From assembly GCA_965248755.1 (NCBI GenBank), contig OZ252149.1, positions 1,824,001 to 1,888,000 of the forward strand: a stretch of DNA of 64,000 bases. Direction: 5' to 3'. Shown piece by piece: positions 1 to 10,688 of this stretch; position 1 is the stretch's first letter; every line of letters starts with the position of its first letter. Origin of the DNA: Candidatus Latescibacterota bacterium (GTDB taxonomy: Bacteria > Latescibacterota > CBDEFO01). Below the pieces are notes generated by a model that ran no database searches, was not told the DNA's origin, and saw only the letters and a list, made by a program, of their open reading frames with translations. A program made the position numbers and the translations under genes.

Positions 1-88
1 TTTCAGAATATCTTTAATTCTCTCCCCTAATGTAATTGCCATTTTTTTGATTAGCTCAAGGACGGCACAGATCGAACTTGTGGTAGAT

Positions 89-1003
89 TCACCGTATGAG
101 CTCCAGTAGAAGAAAAGATGTTGCAACGAGACTCATAGCCTTTGTGAGGTTCAAAAATCCCGCCGGAGTAACTGAAAATAGGAAGATCGGAACAATTCCA
201 CTGGAGGTCAACAGTCCTATTAGAAGACCCAGTATTGCCAAGGCCATGAAAAACTGCGCGACACGAACTAAGATAAACTCTCCTCCCACGTTTAGTAGAC
301 TGGCGCGATGTTTACTACGAGCCCGACCTTTACCTGAAGCAAATTCCAGTAGAAGAAAAGATATTGCAACGAGACTCATAACCTTTGTGAAGTTCAAAAA
401 TCCCGCCGGAGTAATAGAAAATAGGAAGACCGGAACGATTCCACTCGAAGTCAAAAGTCCTATTAGAAGACCCAGTAATGCCAAGGCCATAAAAAACTGC
501 GCAGCGCGTATTAAGATAGACTTTTCTCCCTCTTTCGACAGATTAGCGCGATGTCTTTTATGTACACTACTTTCACCTGTCAGAAATTCCAGTAGAAGAA
601 AAGACATTGCTACCACGCCCAAAGTCTTTGTTAAGTTCAAAAATCCCGCCGGAGTGACAGAAAATAGGAAGACCGGAACGGTTCCACTGGAGGTCAGAAG
701 TCCTATCAGAAGACTCAGTACTGCCAAGGCCATAAAAAACTGCGCGACACGAATTAGGATAAACTCTCCCCCTTCTTTTAAGAGATCGGCTCGAAGTCTT
801 TTATGTGCGCGACTCTTACCTGTCAGAAACTCCAGTAGAAGAAAAGATATTGCAAGCGGACTTATCGCCTTTGTGAAGTTCAACAATCCCGCCGGAGTGA
901 CAGAAAATAGGAAGACCGGAACGATTCCACTGGAAGTCAAAAGTCCTATTAGAAGACCCAGTATTGCCAAGGCCATGAAAAACTGCGCAATATGTGTTAA
1001 CAT
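89..1003 (-). CDS. Membrane protein made of four tandem ~81-aa repeats (two hydrophobic segments plus a TPAG motif each)
   Basis: 243-nt DNA periodicity (ccagtagaagaaaag near 102, 346, 589, 832); hydrophobic repeats; GAGGG upstream of ATG. Confidence 0.8.
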   Translation of the reverse strand: MLTHIAQFFMALAILGLLIGLLTSSGIVPVFLFSVTPAGLLNFTKAISPLAISFLLLEFLTGKSRAHKRLRADLLKEGGEFILIRVAQFFMALAVLSLLIGLLTSSGTVPVFLFSVTPAGFLNLTKTLGVVAMSFLLLEFLTGESSVHKRHRANLSKEGEKSILIRAAQFFMALALLGLLIGLLTSSGIVPVFLFSITPAGFLNFTKVMSLVAISFLLLEFASGKGRARSKHRASLLNVGGEFILVRVAQFFMALAILGLLIGLLTSSGIVPIFLFSVTPAGFLNLTKAMSLVATSFLLLELIR

Positions 1004-1434
1004 CTTTTGGGTCCCTCTACTCAGAGAGTTGAAATCCAGTATGTGGTTTTGGTTTCAGGACTTATATAAAGACGTATATGTGTCAGAACCCGATTTAGAG
1101 AAATCTATGTGCGGTTTATATCCAAGACGAAAGATGCAAGACCGAACAATCAGGAGGAAAGATACAAAGGTAAGGGACTCATCAATTTGGTGGGAAGATA
1201 CAAAATAAGACGGTGGATGTCAACAAAAAGTTCTCAGTCCAGAACCAGTGTAAACTCCTTCGGCTGGCTGTCCTATCCAAACAGGTGTCTATTAAACCCA
1301 ATGCAAATTACTTGAACACTTAAGGAAGTATGAGTAAAGCAGGAATGGCCCATGCCCTCCCTCCGTCATCACGCTGGGCACTAAAGTATATGTCTCCGCA
1401 ACGATCCTGATCTAATAGTAACTTCACTTAAAGT

Positions 1435-1463
1435 AAAAAAAAGACCCTCGTAAAGAGGGTCTC
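1435..1463 (-). terminator. Rho-independent terminator after the kor/glutaredoxin genes
   Basis: agaccctc-N5-gagggtct stem followed by a T-tract on the minus strand. Confidence 0.75.
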
Positions 1464-1476
1464 CGTTCAAGGCAAA

Positions 1477-1499
1477 TCCCCGATTGAATCTATCGGGGA
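1477..1499. repeat. Dispersed 23-bp palindrome TCCCCGATTGAATCTATCGGGGA; related copies near 7911, 13113, 14957, 28268, 30815, 37468, 37854, 41010, 41098, 51741, 63281
   Basis: Direct comparison of copies; 8-bp arms TCCCCGAT/ATCGGGGA. Confidence 0.9.
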
Positions 1500-1524
1500 T
1501 CGGAGGTCGGTAATCGAATTTAGA

Positions 1525-1869
1525 CTACTTTTCGATCTCTCCGATCGATATCGGCTGAGAGTGATCATCACATGCGCGATCGGTAGGCACATCAGTTGCC
1601 GCACTTGACGGTTTGACATAGCCTTTTTCCAAAAGATACTGCTCCACTTCATCTCCATTTACGTCCGCCAGTATATTCTCATCTATCTCCACGCATGGTT
1701 GAAGATTCTGCCCGGTCTTTCGGACCATTTCCTCGTAGTTGCGCAAATTGTTTACAACATCTCTGTCTTCGAACTCCAGTCCATACTTTTGGAACACAGC
1801 GCGTACACCTCTACTCCATCCACAATCGGGCTTTAAGTATGCTACAATATTCGGACTGCTCATCACCAT
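1525..1869 (-). CDS. Glutaredoxin-like protein
   Basis: CGWS active-site-like motif; GQxxQPCVEID motif of the thioredoxin fold. Confidence 0.8.
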   Translation of the reverse strand: MVMSSPNIVAYLKPDCGWSRGVRAVFQKYGLEFEDRDVVNNLRNYEEMVRKTGQNLQPCVEIDENILADVNGDEVEQYLLEKGYVKPSSAATDVPTDRACDDHSQPISIGEIEK

Positions 1870-1946
1870 CTCCTTATCTATATAATGGGTGGATAACTGC
1901 CGATTTAAAAAGCACCCTCAGTCATTCTACAGCCGAGGGAGTGAAC

Positions 1947-2831
1947 CTACATGAATTCACTTTTCAGCTTTTGCACCTGTTCTTTATCTAACCCCAACTT
2001 CTGTTTGACTAAAGGACCCTCTTCTAAAGCAGGCTCTGCGTCTTCGTAAGTGGGCAGGTCTGTCTTGTAAAAGACTCCAAGGGGGATCTGATGACCCCAT
2101 TCTCGGCATTTTACAAGTGCCCGGTCAAAGTCATCCGGATCGTCATCGGACTCATCCTCAAGCTTGTAGACGCGCTCTTTGAACCAAGGATAGGTGTTGA
2201 CCTTATTGTATGTGACGCAGGGACTGAAGACATCGATAAGAGAAAAACCCTTATGCTGGATTGCCTGCTGCATTATCTGGGCTAATTGCTTTGCCTCCCC
2301 TGAGAATCCTCTGGACACAAAGGTCGCTCCTGAGATAAGGGCTAAGGCCAGCGGGTTTACAGGAACTTCTGAATTCCCATCCGGCGTGGATTTAGTTACG
2401 AAATCCTTATCACTGGTAGGGGACGCCTGACCTGTGGTAAGGCCATATATCTGGTTATTCATAACTACATAGGTAATATCCAGATTTCTCCTCATAGCGT
2501 GGATGAAGTGTCCCATGCCGATGCCGTAGCCGTCACCATCGCCGCCGGTTACGATCACTGTCAAATCTTGGTTTGCCAATTTGGCGCCTGTCGCCACCGG
2601 GACGGATCTTCCGTGGAGGCTATGAAATCCATAACAGTTAATAAATCCCGGGAGGTTCGACGAACATCCGATGCCGGAGACAGTAAGAACATCCTTAGGC
2701 TGGATCCCTAGTTTTCCTATCGCATTTTGAAGCGCTCTTAAGACTCCGAAATCCCCACAACCGGCACACCAATCTGGATCTACCTCCCCTTTATAAGTAC
2801 TCCAAGGAAGTTCTTCAACTACCTGAGCCAT
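1947..2831 (-). CDS. korB: 2-oxoacid:ferredoxin oxidoreductase beta subunit
   Basis: WCAGCGDFG, GIGCS and GGDGDG TPP-binding motifs. Confidence 0.93.
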   Translation of the reverse strand: MAQVVEELPWSTYKGEVDPDWCAGCGDFGVLRALQNAIGKLGIQPKDVLTVSGIGCSSNLPGFINCYGFHSLHGRSVPVATGAKLANQDLTVIVTGGDGDGYGIGMGHFIHAMRRNLDITYVVMNNQIYGLTTGQASPTSDKDFVTKSTPDGNSEVPVNPLALALISGATFVSRGFSGEAKQLAQIMQQAIQHKGFSLIDVFSPCVTYNKVNTYPWFKERVYKLEDESDDDPDDFDRALVKCREWGHQIPLGVFYKTDLPTYEDAEPALEEGPLVKQKLGLDKEQVQKLKSEFM

Positions 2832-4569
2832 TAAGTGCCTCCTTCACTTGTTCAACAATATGAACCGGTTCAAATGGTTCACCGTCATATTTTAGTATCT
2901 TTCCGTCCGCAGCAATTCCGGTCTCCGCCCGAATATGGCGGGCAAGTTGACCGTTATAGTTATTCTCAACCACAATGACCTTCTCGGAGGCGTTCAGGAT
3001 ATTGCCTACTTCCTCTGCGTGGAAGGGAACAAGGTATTTGATCTGGAGGTTATTAGCGTTGATTCCATCTTCCTCCAGTCGTTCTAATGCCTCTCTGATT
3101 ACTCCTGCTGTGGAGCCCCATCCTACCAAAGTCACGTCTGCGTTGGGGTGGCCGTAAAGCTTCGGCGGTTCCAGTTCTTCAAAGATTCCGTTCATCTTAC
3201 GCATTCTTTTTTCCATCATCTGCTTTCGGATGACCGGATCTGTGAAAACGTCGCTTATTAAGATTCCTCTTTCATCGTGCTCGTCGCTGGCCGCTACAAA
3301 GATGGTCCCTTCCCCTCCGGGCAGTGCTCTTGGTGACACGCCCGACTCGGTATACAGGTAACGCTTATATTCCCCGTTTTCCACATCTGAAACTACCTCG
3401 CCTCGATCGATGGGAACGTCAAAATCGAACGCCTCAGGCTCCGCCGTTTCGTAGTGCTCCGAAAGGTAAAGATCGGACACAACAATAACCGGACACTGGT
3501 ATCTCTCCGCTATGTTGAACGCCTCAGCTATGGTGTGGAAACAATCTACAATATCTGTTGGAGCTACGATCATATGCGGGTATTCTCCCTGGGAAGCTCC
3601 TAAGACTTGGTTTAAGTCTCCCTGTTCGGTCTTGGTGGGAAGTCCAGTCGAGGGACCTCCACGCTGTACTTCTATTATCACTATCGGCGTCTCCGTCATC
3701 CCGGCAAGGCCCACACCCTCCGTCATCAGGCAAAAACCGCCGCCGGACGTTCCGACCATAGCTCTGACACCCGCGTGTCCTGCTCCGACTGCCATGTTAA
3801 TGACAGCTATCTCATCTTCCGCCTGCTTGACCACTACACCGTATTCCTTAGCGTGGTTTGCCATAAAGTCCAGAATGGAAGACGCAGGGGTCATCGGATA
3901 AGCCGCGTAGAATTTACACCCTGCGGCTAACGCCCCCAGACTGAAGGATTCATTCCCCGTCAAAAACATTCGTTTCTTTCTACTGTAGTTCCACTCGTAA
4001 TCCATAGAGGGGCCCTGTCGTTTGGCCCAGTCATAGCCTGCCTGAGCAAGCGCTATGTTGGTGTCAATGACCTCCTGTCCCTTGTGAGCGAAGGTCTCTT
4101 TGATTACCTCGGCAAGTCCTTCAAGTTCCAACTGGGCCAGCCATAACGCGGCTCCTAAAGCTATCGTGTTCTGCATTATGACGGGTTGTCTGCCGAAGGG
4201 GGCCATTATCTCTGAAACTGGCAGGGCATAGACGCGCACACCAGGTTTTAAGCCCTCTGGATCAACCTGGATCTTGTCTCCGTTGAATATAATGGCTCCT
4301 CCAGGGTCCACTTCAACAGCGTGTCGGTCCGCGCAGTCCTGATTGAGCGCAATCGCAATATCCAGGCGGTCACCATGGTTCTTAATCTTCTCTTCGGAGA
4401 TCCGGCAGCGAAGCCAGATATGTCCGCCCATGATCACAGACTGATAACTTGTATAAGTAAAGATGTGAAGTCCGAGTCGAGAGCACATTGTGGCCAGATT
4501 TACGGCCGTCTTGCCCTGACCGTCCTGGGCTGCTCCGCCGACGCCGACCGTTATCTCTTGATGGTTCAT
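2815..4569 (-). CDS. korA: 2-oxoacid:ferredoxin oxidoreductase alpha subunit (fused gamma domain)
   Basis: YPMTPAS, QAEDEIA, QRGGPSTGLPTKTEQGD motifs. Confidence 0.93.
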   Translation of the reverse strand: MNHQEITVGVGGAAQDGQGKTAVNLATMCSRLGLHIFTYTSYQSVIMGGHIWLRCRISEEKIKNHGDRLDIAIALNQDCADRHAVEVDPGGAIIFNGDKIQVDPEGLKPGVRVYALPVSEIMAPFGRQPVIMQNTIALGAALWLAQLELEGLAEVIKETFAHKGQEVIDTNIALAQAGYDWAKRQGPSMDYEWNYSRKKRMFLTGNESFSLGALAAGCKFYAAYPMTPASSILDFMANHAKEYGVVVKQAEDEIAVINMAVGAGHAGVRAMVGTSGGGFCLMTEGVGLAGMTETPIVIIEVQRGGPSTGLPTKTEQGDLNQVLGASQGEYPHMIVAPTDIVDCFHTIAEAFNIAERYQCPVIVVSDLYLSEHYETAEPEAFDFDVPIDRGEVVSDVENGEYKRYLYTESGVSPRALPGGEGTIFVAASDEHDERGILISDVFTDPVIRKQMMEKRMRKMNGIFEELEPPKLYGHPNADVTLVGWGSTAGVIREALERLEEDGINANNLQIKYLVPFHAEEVGNILNASEKVIVVENNYNGQLARHIRAETGIAADGKILKYDGEPFEPVHIVEQVKEALNGSGS

Positions 4570-4625
4570 GCAAATAACTCCCTTAAAGCTTTGTTATCCC
4601 CTGAACAAGATTACCATAACACGAA

Positions 4626-4655
4626 AATATAACAAAAGTATGCTGCTCCTGTCAA
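4626..4655 (-). promoter_or_regulatory. Sigma70-like promoter for korA
   Basis: TTGACA-N18-TATATT about 55 nt upstream of the start codon. Confidence 0.55.
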
Positions 4656-4798
4656 CAACAAATAAGTAAATGAACCCTCAAATAAGAATTTTTCAAAAGA
4701 TGAGCGAACTGGAGTACCTGATGATCTATACCTATTAGACACTTTAGAGGGCTATTAGTTCAAAAATCACATCAGGCGTTCCCATCAGGGAAGACTAC

Positions 4799-5032
4799 CT
4801 ACTTGAAGAAATCAGCGTTCTTCTGTGTGTAGGAGTCCCATTCGGAAGGCACCTCCGATTCCTCAAAGATCGCCTCTACCGGGCATTCAGGCTCGCAAGC
4901 CCCGCAGTCTATGCACTCGTCAGGATGGATATAGAGTTGATCCTCGCCCTCATATATGCAGTCAACAGGACACACATCAACGCAAGCGGTGTCTTTAACG
5001 CCGATGCAGGGCTCAGCTATTGTGTAGGTCAT
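4799..5032 (-). CDS. fdxA: 7Fe-type ferredoxin
   Basis: CVDVCPVDC and [12 protein letters not shown] motifs. Confidence 0.93.
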   Translation of the reverse strand: MTYTIAEPCIGVKDTACVDVCPVDCIYEGEDQLYIHPDECIDCGACEPECPVEAIFEESEVPSEWDSYTQKNADFFK

Positions 5033-5078
5033 CTTCTTCCCTCCTCAACATTTTTAGGTATCCATTTTAGGTTCAAAT

Positions 5079-5402
5079 CTACGCGCTGAAGGATTCGCCA
5101 CAACCGCAGGTTGACTTGGCATTAGGATTTTCTATCTTGAAGCCTGCATCCATCAATCCATCTGTATAATCCAGCTGTGAACCAGCAAGATATAACGAAC
5201 TCTTCATGTCCACAAAGACCTTGACACCTTTGCACTCTATTACCCTGTCGGACTCTTTGGGAGCCTCTTCATACTCAAGGCGATACTGAAATCCTGAGCA
5301 CCCACCTCCTATTACCATCATCCTTAAGCCGTATTCAGCATGTCCTTTTTCTTCCAACATGCTCTTGATCTTCTCGGCTGCTGAATCTGTCACTGTTATC
5401 AT
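5079..5402 (-). CDS. A-type Fe-S carrier (IscA/SufA/HesB family)
   Basis: GGCSGFQY and CGCGESF motifs. Confidence 0.93.
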   Translation of the reverse strand: MITVTDSAAEKIKSMLEEKGHAEYGLRMMVIGGGCSGFQYRLEYEEAPKESDRVIECKGVKVFVDMKSSLYLAGSQLDYTDGLMDAGFKIENPNAKSTCGCGESFSA

Positions 5403-5427
5403 CTTCTTAACCTCTTTTCTGTTGCTC

Positions 5428-5859
5428 TTACCCTTTTTTGTATTCTTTTATGCCCTTTTCAAGAGCGCTCCACGCTAAGGTAGCGCACTTGACACGTATT
5501 GGAAACTTTATGACTCCCTTTAAAGACTCGAGGTCTCCCAAATCTGCATCTTCAAATAGCTTATCACCCCGCATCATCATTCTGAAATCCTCTACAAATT
5601 CTTGGGCTTCCTTAAGGCCCTTCCCCTCTATTTCCTCCATCATCATCGAGGCAGAGGCCAGGCTTATGGCGCATCCTTGACCGGAGAACTTGATTGCCTT
5701 TATCCCATTGCCCTCAATCTTTACGTAAATCTCAATCTGATCGCCGCAGACGGGGTTGTATTCCTCCACTTTAATGTCCGGGTCTTTAAGCTCCCCTTTA
5801 TTGCTTGGACTCTTGTAGTGATCCAAGATGGTCTCTTGATAAAGTTCATGCAGGGACAC
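5428..5859 (-). CDS. sufU: SUF system U-type protein
   Basis: NPVCGD, GCAIS and RVKCA cysteines with the SufU-type insertion; overlaps sufS. Confidence 0.9.
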   Translation of the reverse strand: MSLHELYQETILDHYKSPSNKGELKDPDIKVEEYNPVCGDQIEIYVKIEGNGIKAIKFSGQGCAISLASASMMMEEIEGKGLKEAQEFVEDFRMMMRGDKLFEDADLGDLESLKGVIKFPIRVKCATLAWSALEKGIKEYKKG

Positions 5860-7072
5860 GAGTTAAAAGCTCCTTTGCTGTCTTTAAGCCTTCGACTAAG
5901 ACATCAACATCCCATTGGTTGTTATAGATATAGAGGCTTGCCCGCACCGTCGCGCTTACTCCCAGTCTCCGCATCAGCGGCATAGCACAGTGGTGTCCTG
6001 CCCTTATCGCTATGCCTTCCTGATCCAGGATAGTCGAAAGGTCGTGCGGATGGATGCCCTCCAGATTGAAGGAGACCACACCTCCCCTTTCATCTCTTGG
6101 GCCATATATCTCCGCCCCATCTAAAGAGCCTATCTGCTGGAGAGCATATTCCAGAAGTTGGCGTTCGTGCTCTCTGATCTTTTCCATACACAAGCTCTGC
6201 AGGTAGTCAACAGCTACGCCCAGACCGATCGCCTGGGCTATGTTGGGAGTTCCAGCCTCGAACTTCCAGGGCAGGTCGTTCCAGGTGGAAGAGTCCCATC
6301 TAACTTCACGGATCATCTCTCCACCGCCTAAAAACGGGTCCATCTCCTCTAAAAGCTCCCTCTTCCCGTAGAGCACCCCGACGCCTGTGGGTCCCATCAT
6401 CTTGTGTCCTGAAAAGGCCATAAAATCGCAATCTATCCTCTGGACATCGACGGGCATATGAGGCACACTCTGTGCTCCGTCTACTAACACTAAGGCTCCC
6501 TTTTGATGGGCAATCTCTGTGATCTCCTCCACCGGATTGATCGTTCCCAGGACATTAGATACCTGCGTCACCCCCACTATCTTGGTCAATGGGGTAATCA
6601 AGGTCTCGATGCCTTCTAAATTCAGCGTTCCGTCTGGCTTTATCCCGATGAATTTCAGTTCGGCACCGGTCTGTTTCGCTATCATTTGCCATGGGACCAA
6701 ATTGCTGTGGTGCTCCATCTGGGTGAGCAGAATCTCGTCACCTTCTCTAATGTTTTTTACGCCCCAACTTCGAGCTACGAGGTTTATGGCCTCAGTGGCG
6801 TTCTTCACAAAGATAACACTTTCTCGATCCTTAGCGTTTATAAATCCGGCGACCTTATCCCGCGCTTTTTCGTACTTTTCTGTGGCTATTTCGCTGAGAG
6901 CGTGTATCCCTCTGTGGACGTTGGCGTTCTCCATCTCGTAATAGTTTTTAAGAGCGTCTATTACGCACCGCGGTTTCTGAGAGGTAGCCGCGCTGTCAAG
7001 ATATACCAGCGGTTTCCCGTAGACCTTTCGCTTGAGGATGGGAATATCCTCTCTGACTTTCTCTATATCCAT
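5846..7072 (-). CDS. sufS: Cysteine desulfurase
   Basis: YLDSAATSQKP, SGHKM and RAGHHCA motifs. Confidence 0.95.
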   Translation of the reverse strand: MDIEKVREDIPILKRKVYGKPLVYLDSAATSQKPRCVIDALKNYYEMENANVHRGIHALSEIATEKYEKARDKVAGFINAKDRESVIFVKNATEAINLVARSWGVKNIREGDEILLTQMEHHSNLVPWQMIAKQTGAELKFIGIKPDGTLNLEGIETLITPLTKIVGVTQVSNVLGTINPVEEITEIAHQKGALVLVDGAQSVPHMPVDVQRIDCDFMAFSGHKMMGPTGVGVLYGKRELLEEMDPFLGGGEMIREVRWDSSTWNDLPWKFEAGTPNIAQAIGLGVAVDYLQSLCMEKIREHERQLLEYALQQIGSLDGAEIYGPRDERGGVVSFNLEGIHPHDLSTILDQEGIAIRAGHHCAMPLMRRLGVSATVRASLYIYNNQWDVDVLVEGLKTAKELLTRVPA

Positions 7073-7200
7073 GGGTCAGCTTCGACCTCAAATTCGCAAG
7101 ATAGGCTAAGGATCTTCAGCCACCAAGTCACAAAAGTTCACAAAGTTACTGTCTTCCTGTCACCCCCCTTATTAAGGGGGGTCGCTAACCTTAGCCTTAT

Positions 7201-7500
7201 TTAAAAGATGCCTAATTCGTCCTTGCCGTCGTCGCTCATCCTGGAGGGATCCCAAGCCGGAGACCAGACGACATTTATATTTACGTCGTCTATGTCCTCT
7301 AACTCCTTCAAGGACATATCGATCTCCGACAGTATCTGAGGACCCGCCGGACATGCTGGGCTCGTCAGGGTCATTTCGATGTTCACCTTAGACCCACTGA
7401 TGTCTACATTGTAGATAAGACCCATATCTACTATGTTCAATCCGACCTCAGGATCTTTTACTCCCTTGAGCGTCTCTTTAATTTTATCCTCTGTGATCAT
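7201..7500 (-). CDS. sufT: DUF59/SufT metal-sulfur cluster assembly factor
   Basis: DPE...DMGLIY...TLTSPACP...W motifs. Confidence 0.88.
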   Translation of the reverse strand: MITEDKIKETLKGVKDPEVGLNIVDMGLIYNVDISGSKVNIEMTLTSPACPAGPQILSEIDMSLKELEDIDDVNINVVWSPAWDPSRMSDDGKDELGIF

Positions 7501-7511
7501 CTTTTCGTCCT

Positions 7512-7823
7512 TTATTCGATAGAGATCTTTACATCCGATCCTTCGACCACAACCTCGTATGTCTCCACAGACTCAAACGCCGGCATGCAGAGTGCCTCTC
7601 CTGTCTTTACGTTAAACCTGGCGCCGTGTCTGGGACATTCTATCTCTTCGCCGTCCAGCTCTCCCTCAGCCAGGGGACCGCCGTCGTGCGTACACACATC
7701 ATCTATGGCGTAATACTCACCGTCCACGTTAAAAAGAGCTATCGCCAGTCCCTCCACTTCCACTAATTTCTTCTCTCCGGGAGCAAGTTCTCCCACCTCA
7801 GCTATCTTGACCAAATCTCCCAT
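7512..7823 (-). CDS. Rieske-type [2Fe-2S] ferredoxin
   Basis: CTH...CPRH motif; start moved to MGDLVK. Confidence 0.9.
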   Translation of the reverse strand: MGDLVKIAEVGELAPGEKKLVEVEGLAIALFNVDGEYYAIDDVCTHDGGPLAEGELDGEEIECPRHGARFNVKTGEALCMPAFESVETYEVVVEGSDVKISIE

Positions 7824-7937
7824 TTCCGAATTGTTTCTCCTATTTTTTGACGAGCCAAGAGTAGACAGCCAAGGTAGAAGAGACTGCACAACCTATTTCC
7901 TGTCTACCGATCCCCAACTGAATCTATCGGGGACTGT

Positions 7938-8360
7938 CTACTTAACTTGAGCTCCGATCTCCTTTAACATCTGATCTTGACGATACTTTTCAATCGCCAG
8001 CCTTACGGTATTTAAGCCCAACGTCGAACAGCGGGGCCGCGTCAGGGCTATCTCACGGCCTAAAATGTCTATTATCGTGTCGTGAGGCAGCGCCTTGATC
8101 TCATCCAGCGTTTTGCCTTCGACCATCTCCATTACTATAGAAGCCGCAGCCATACTTAAGGTGCATCCTTCGCCTTCGAATCTGATTGCCTCTATCAGAC
8201 CATCGTCTCCGACCTTCAGATAGATAACGATAATATCCGCACAGCCCGGATTACCGCCCTTTTGTATTGCATCCGCGTCTTCCAGCCGGCCATAATTTCT
8301 CGGATCCTCATAGTGATCCATGATAAATTCGATACGCTCTTCCCGTTCCGCCTGATCCAC
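7938..8360 (-). CDS. Second NifU/IscU-type scaffold-like protein
   Basis: NPGCAD, GEGCTLS and RPRCS; lacks the SufU-type insertion. Confidence 0.85.
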   Translation of the reverse strand: MDQAEREERIEFIMDHYEDPRNYGRLEDADAIQKGGNPGCADIIVIYLKVGDDGLIEAIRFEGEGCTLSMAAASIVMEMVEGKTLDEIKALPHDTIIDILGREIALTRPRCSTLGLNTVRLAIEKYRQDQMLKEIGAQVK

Positions 8361-8401
8361 TTACAATAACCTTTTATTTTTGATCTTCAAGTCTAACTAG
8401 A

Positions 8402-9247
8402 TTACGGTCTTTCAATAGGGACTCTCACAAGGTTTCCCCATTCTGTCCACGAGCCGTCGTAGTTTCGCACGTTGGAATACCCCAAAAGGTAGGTCAGCAC
8501 GAACCACGTATGGGACGACCTTTCGCCGATTCGGCAGTAGACGACCACATCGTCATCAGACTTGACGTTGTTCTCATCCCGGTATATCGCCAGAAGTTCA
8601 TCGGCCGATTTGAAGGTCTGATCCTCATTTGCGGCTCTTGCCCAGGGGATATTCGCAGCACCTGGGATATGACCTCCCCTCAAGGCTCCCTCCTGCGGAT
8701 AGTCCTCCATGTGGAGCAGTTCCCCGGTGTACTCCTTGGGCGAGCGGACATCCACAAGCGGCCTGTCCGCATCAGTGTGTCCCAACACTTCCTCTCGGAA
8801 GGATCGGATGCTGTAGTCGGGGTCTTTGGCTGTGTAGGTTGTAGCGGGGTAACTCGGAACATCCCTGGTCAGCTCCCTTTCCTCATCTATCCACTTCTGA
8901 CGGCCTCCGTTCATCACAAGGCATTTTTCGTGCCCCAAGAGCTTAAAGACCCAGAAAGCGTAGCACGCCCACCAGTTGTTCTTGTCTCCGTAGAACACAA
9001 CTGATGTATCGTTGGATATGCCCTTTTTGGACATCAGCTCCTCAAATCCTTCCCTGTCCACGTAGTCGCGCACAACCGGGTCATTGAGTTCTGTGTGCCA
9101 GTCCACCTTGACAGATCCCGGGACGTGTCCGATGTCGTAAAGCAAGACATCCTCGTCGGATTCTACGATCCTCACATTGGAATCATCCAGGTGTTCTGCA
9201 ACCCAGTCAGTGGAAACTAGCACTTCAGGATGTGCATATTCCGCCAT
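8402..9247 (-). CDS. Two-domain sulfurtransferase (rhodanese)
   Basis: [14 protein letters not shown] and YDGSWTEW motifs. Confidence 0.93.
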   Translation of the reverse strand: MAEYAHPEVLVSTDWVAEHLDDSNVRIVESDEDVLLYDIGHVPGSVKVDWHTELNDPVVRDYVDREGFEELMSKKGISNDTSVVFYGDKNNWWACYAFWVFKLLGHEKCLVMNGGRQKWIDEERELTRDVPSYPATTYTAKDPDYSIRSFREEVLGHTDADRPLVDVRSPKEYTGELLHMEDYPQEGALRGGHIPGAANIPWARAANEDQTFKSADELLAIYRDENNVKSDDDVVVYCRIGERSSHTWFVLTYLLGYSNVRNYDGSWTEWGNLVRVPIERP

Positions 9248-9319
9248 ATATTCCCTCTCCTTTTGATTAAGCTCACACTTGTTCGGATAAATGTCTGAAT
9301 CGAATTTGTATCTACGAAT

Positions 9320-10663
9320 CTATATTATGCCGAGCAGTTTTCGCTCAACTGCCGTCCTGAGATCTACCTTTACACTTTCGACGGGGATGCGCTCGAAGAC
9401 CTGCTCGAAGAATCCCTCTATTATCATGCGCTCGGCAGCTTTATGAGGGATCCCCCGGCTCATAAGATAGAAGAACTGTTCTTCATCTAGCTGGCCTATG
9501 GTCGCTCCGTGTGTGCAGCGGACGTCGTCCGCCTCTATCTCAAGACCCGGTATGGAATCTGCACGGGCGTCCTTGCTTAAAATTAGATTGTTGTTGACCT
9601 GATAGGCGTCCGTCCTTTGAGCTTGCGGACGGACCCTTATCATGCCCCGCCACACAGAGCGGGATCTATCTTTGAGGGCTCCCTTGTAGAGGAGGTCACT
9701 TGTGGTGTGAGGAGCCTTATGCTGCTGTCCGGTGTGGAAGTCTATGTGCTGACGTCTATTTGAAAAGAGCACACCTAACATCTCAGCATGGCTACCGGAT
9801 CCGTCGAGGGTAACCTCCTGATTGAGCTTGGAAAAGCGGCTCCCGAACGCCCCGATGACCCATCGTAAGTTAGCATCTCTGGAGACTATGGCTCTTTCGT
9901 GTGAGAAGTTCCAGACCTTCTGATTCCAGTTTTGTACTTTCAGGTAATTTACATCTGCTCCGGGTTTGACGAATATTTCGAGCGCGCCGACATGCAGCCC
10001 CGTGGCATCTCCCGTGGTCGAGATGTCCTCCTGAGTTAAGGTAACCTGGCTCCCCTCATCGGCTATAATAAGCGTGTGAGAAAAATCTGCCTGCCCCGGT
10101 TCTGTCAGACCCACCAAGAACTTTAAAGGCAGTTCTACCTCTACTCCCTTGGGGACATATAGAAAGACGCCGCCTGTCCACAGCGCTCCGTGAAGAGCCG
10201 TGAACTTATTGTACCCCGGCGTCACGCCATCTGTCATAAAGTGGGGCTCAACAAGGTCAGGGTGCTCTTTTGCCGCTGTCTGTAGATCGGTTAAGATGAC
10301 TCCCCGATGCACCAGATCATCGTTTATGTCGCGGTAATGGGGAAATCCATCGTTCTGAACTAAGATACCGCCAATTTTCCCGTTCTTATCGCTATCAGTC
10401 TTCAAGGATTCCGGGAGATGACTCTTTGTATCCTTCGCCAGCGCCGAAAAATGCTCCAATTTCAAAGCTCTTAGATCTGAGCGCCGCCATTCGTCCTCAT
10501 TGCTGCTGGGCATAGGGAGACTCTCAAATAGCTCCCAGGACTCCCTGCGCTTACTTCTGACCCATTCAGGTTCATCTTTACGGCTCAAAAGAGCTTCAAC
10601 TGCTTGCAAAAAATCGTCTTTACGCTCTACAACTGATTCCGTCTGCTCCAATTGTGGACTCAC
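9320..10663 (-). CDS. sufD: Fe-S assembly protein SufD
   Basis: PGLEIEADDVRCTHGAT and FYLMSRG motifs; operon position. Confidence 0.92.
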   Translation of the reverse strand: MSPQLEQTESVVERKDDFLQAVEALLSRKDEPEWVRSKRRESWELFESLPMPSSNEDEWRRSDLRALKLEHFSALAKDTKSHLPESLKTDSDKNGKIGGILVQNDGFPHYRDINDDLVHRGVILTDLQTAAKEHPDLVEPHFMTDGVTPGYNKFTALHGALWTGGVFLYVPKGVEVELPLKFLVGLTEPGQADFSHTLIIADEGSQVTLTQEDISTTGDATGLHVGALEIFVKPGADVNYLKVQNWNQKVWNFSHERAIVSRDANLRWVIGAFGSRFSKLNQEVTLDGSGSHAEMLGVLFSNRRQHIDFHTGQQHKAPHTTSDLLYKGALKDRSRSVWRGMIRVRPQAQRTDAYQVNNNLILSKDARADSIPGLEIEADDVRCTHGATIGQLDEEQFFYLMSRGIPHKAAERMIIEGFFEQVFERIPVESVKVDLRTAVERKLLGII

Positions 10664-10688
10664 TCTATTGCTTGTCCTCCGTCGCTAA

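Noticed and set aside
96..1208. 370-aa plus-strand repeat ORF
   Set aside because: Antisense shadow of the hydrophobic repeat gene; no RBS or recognisable motif
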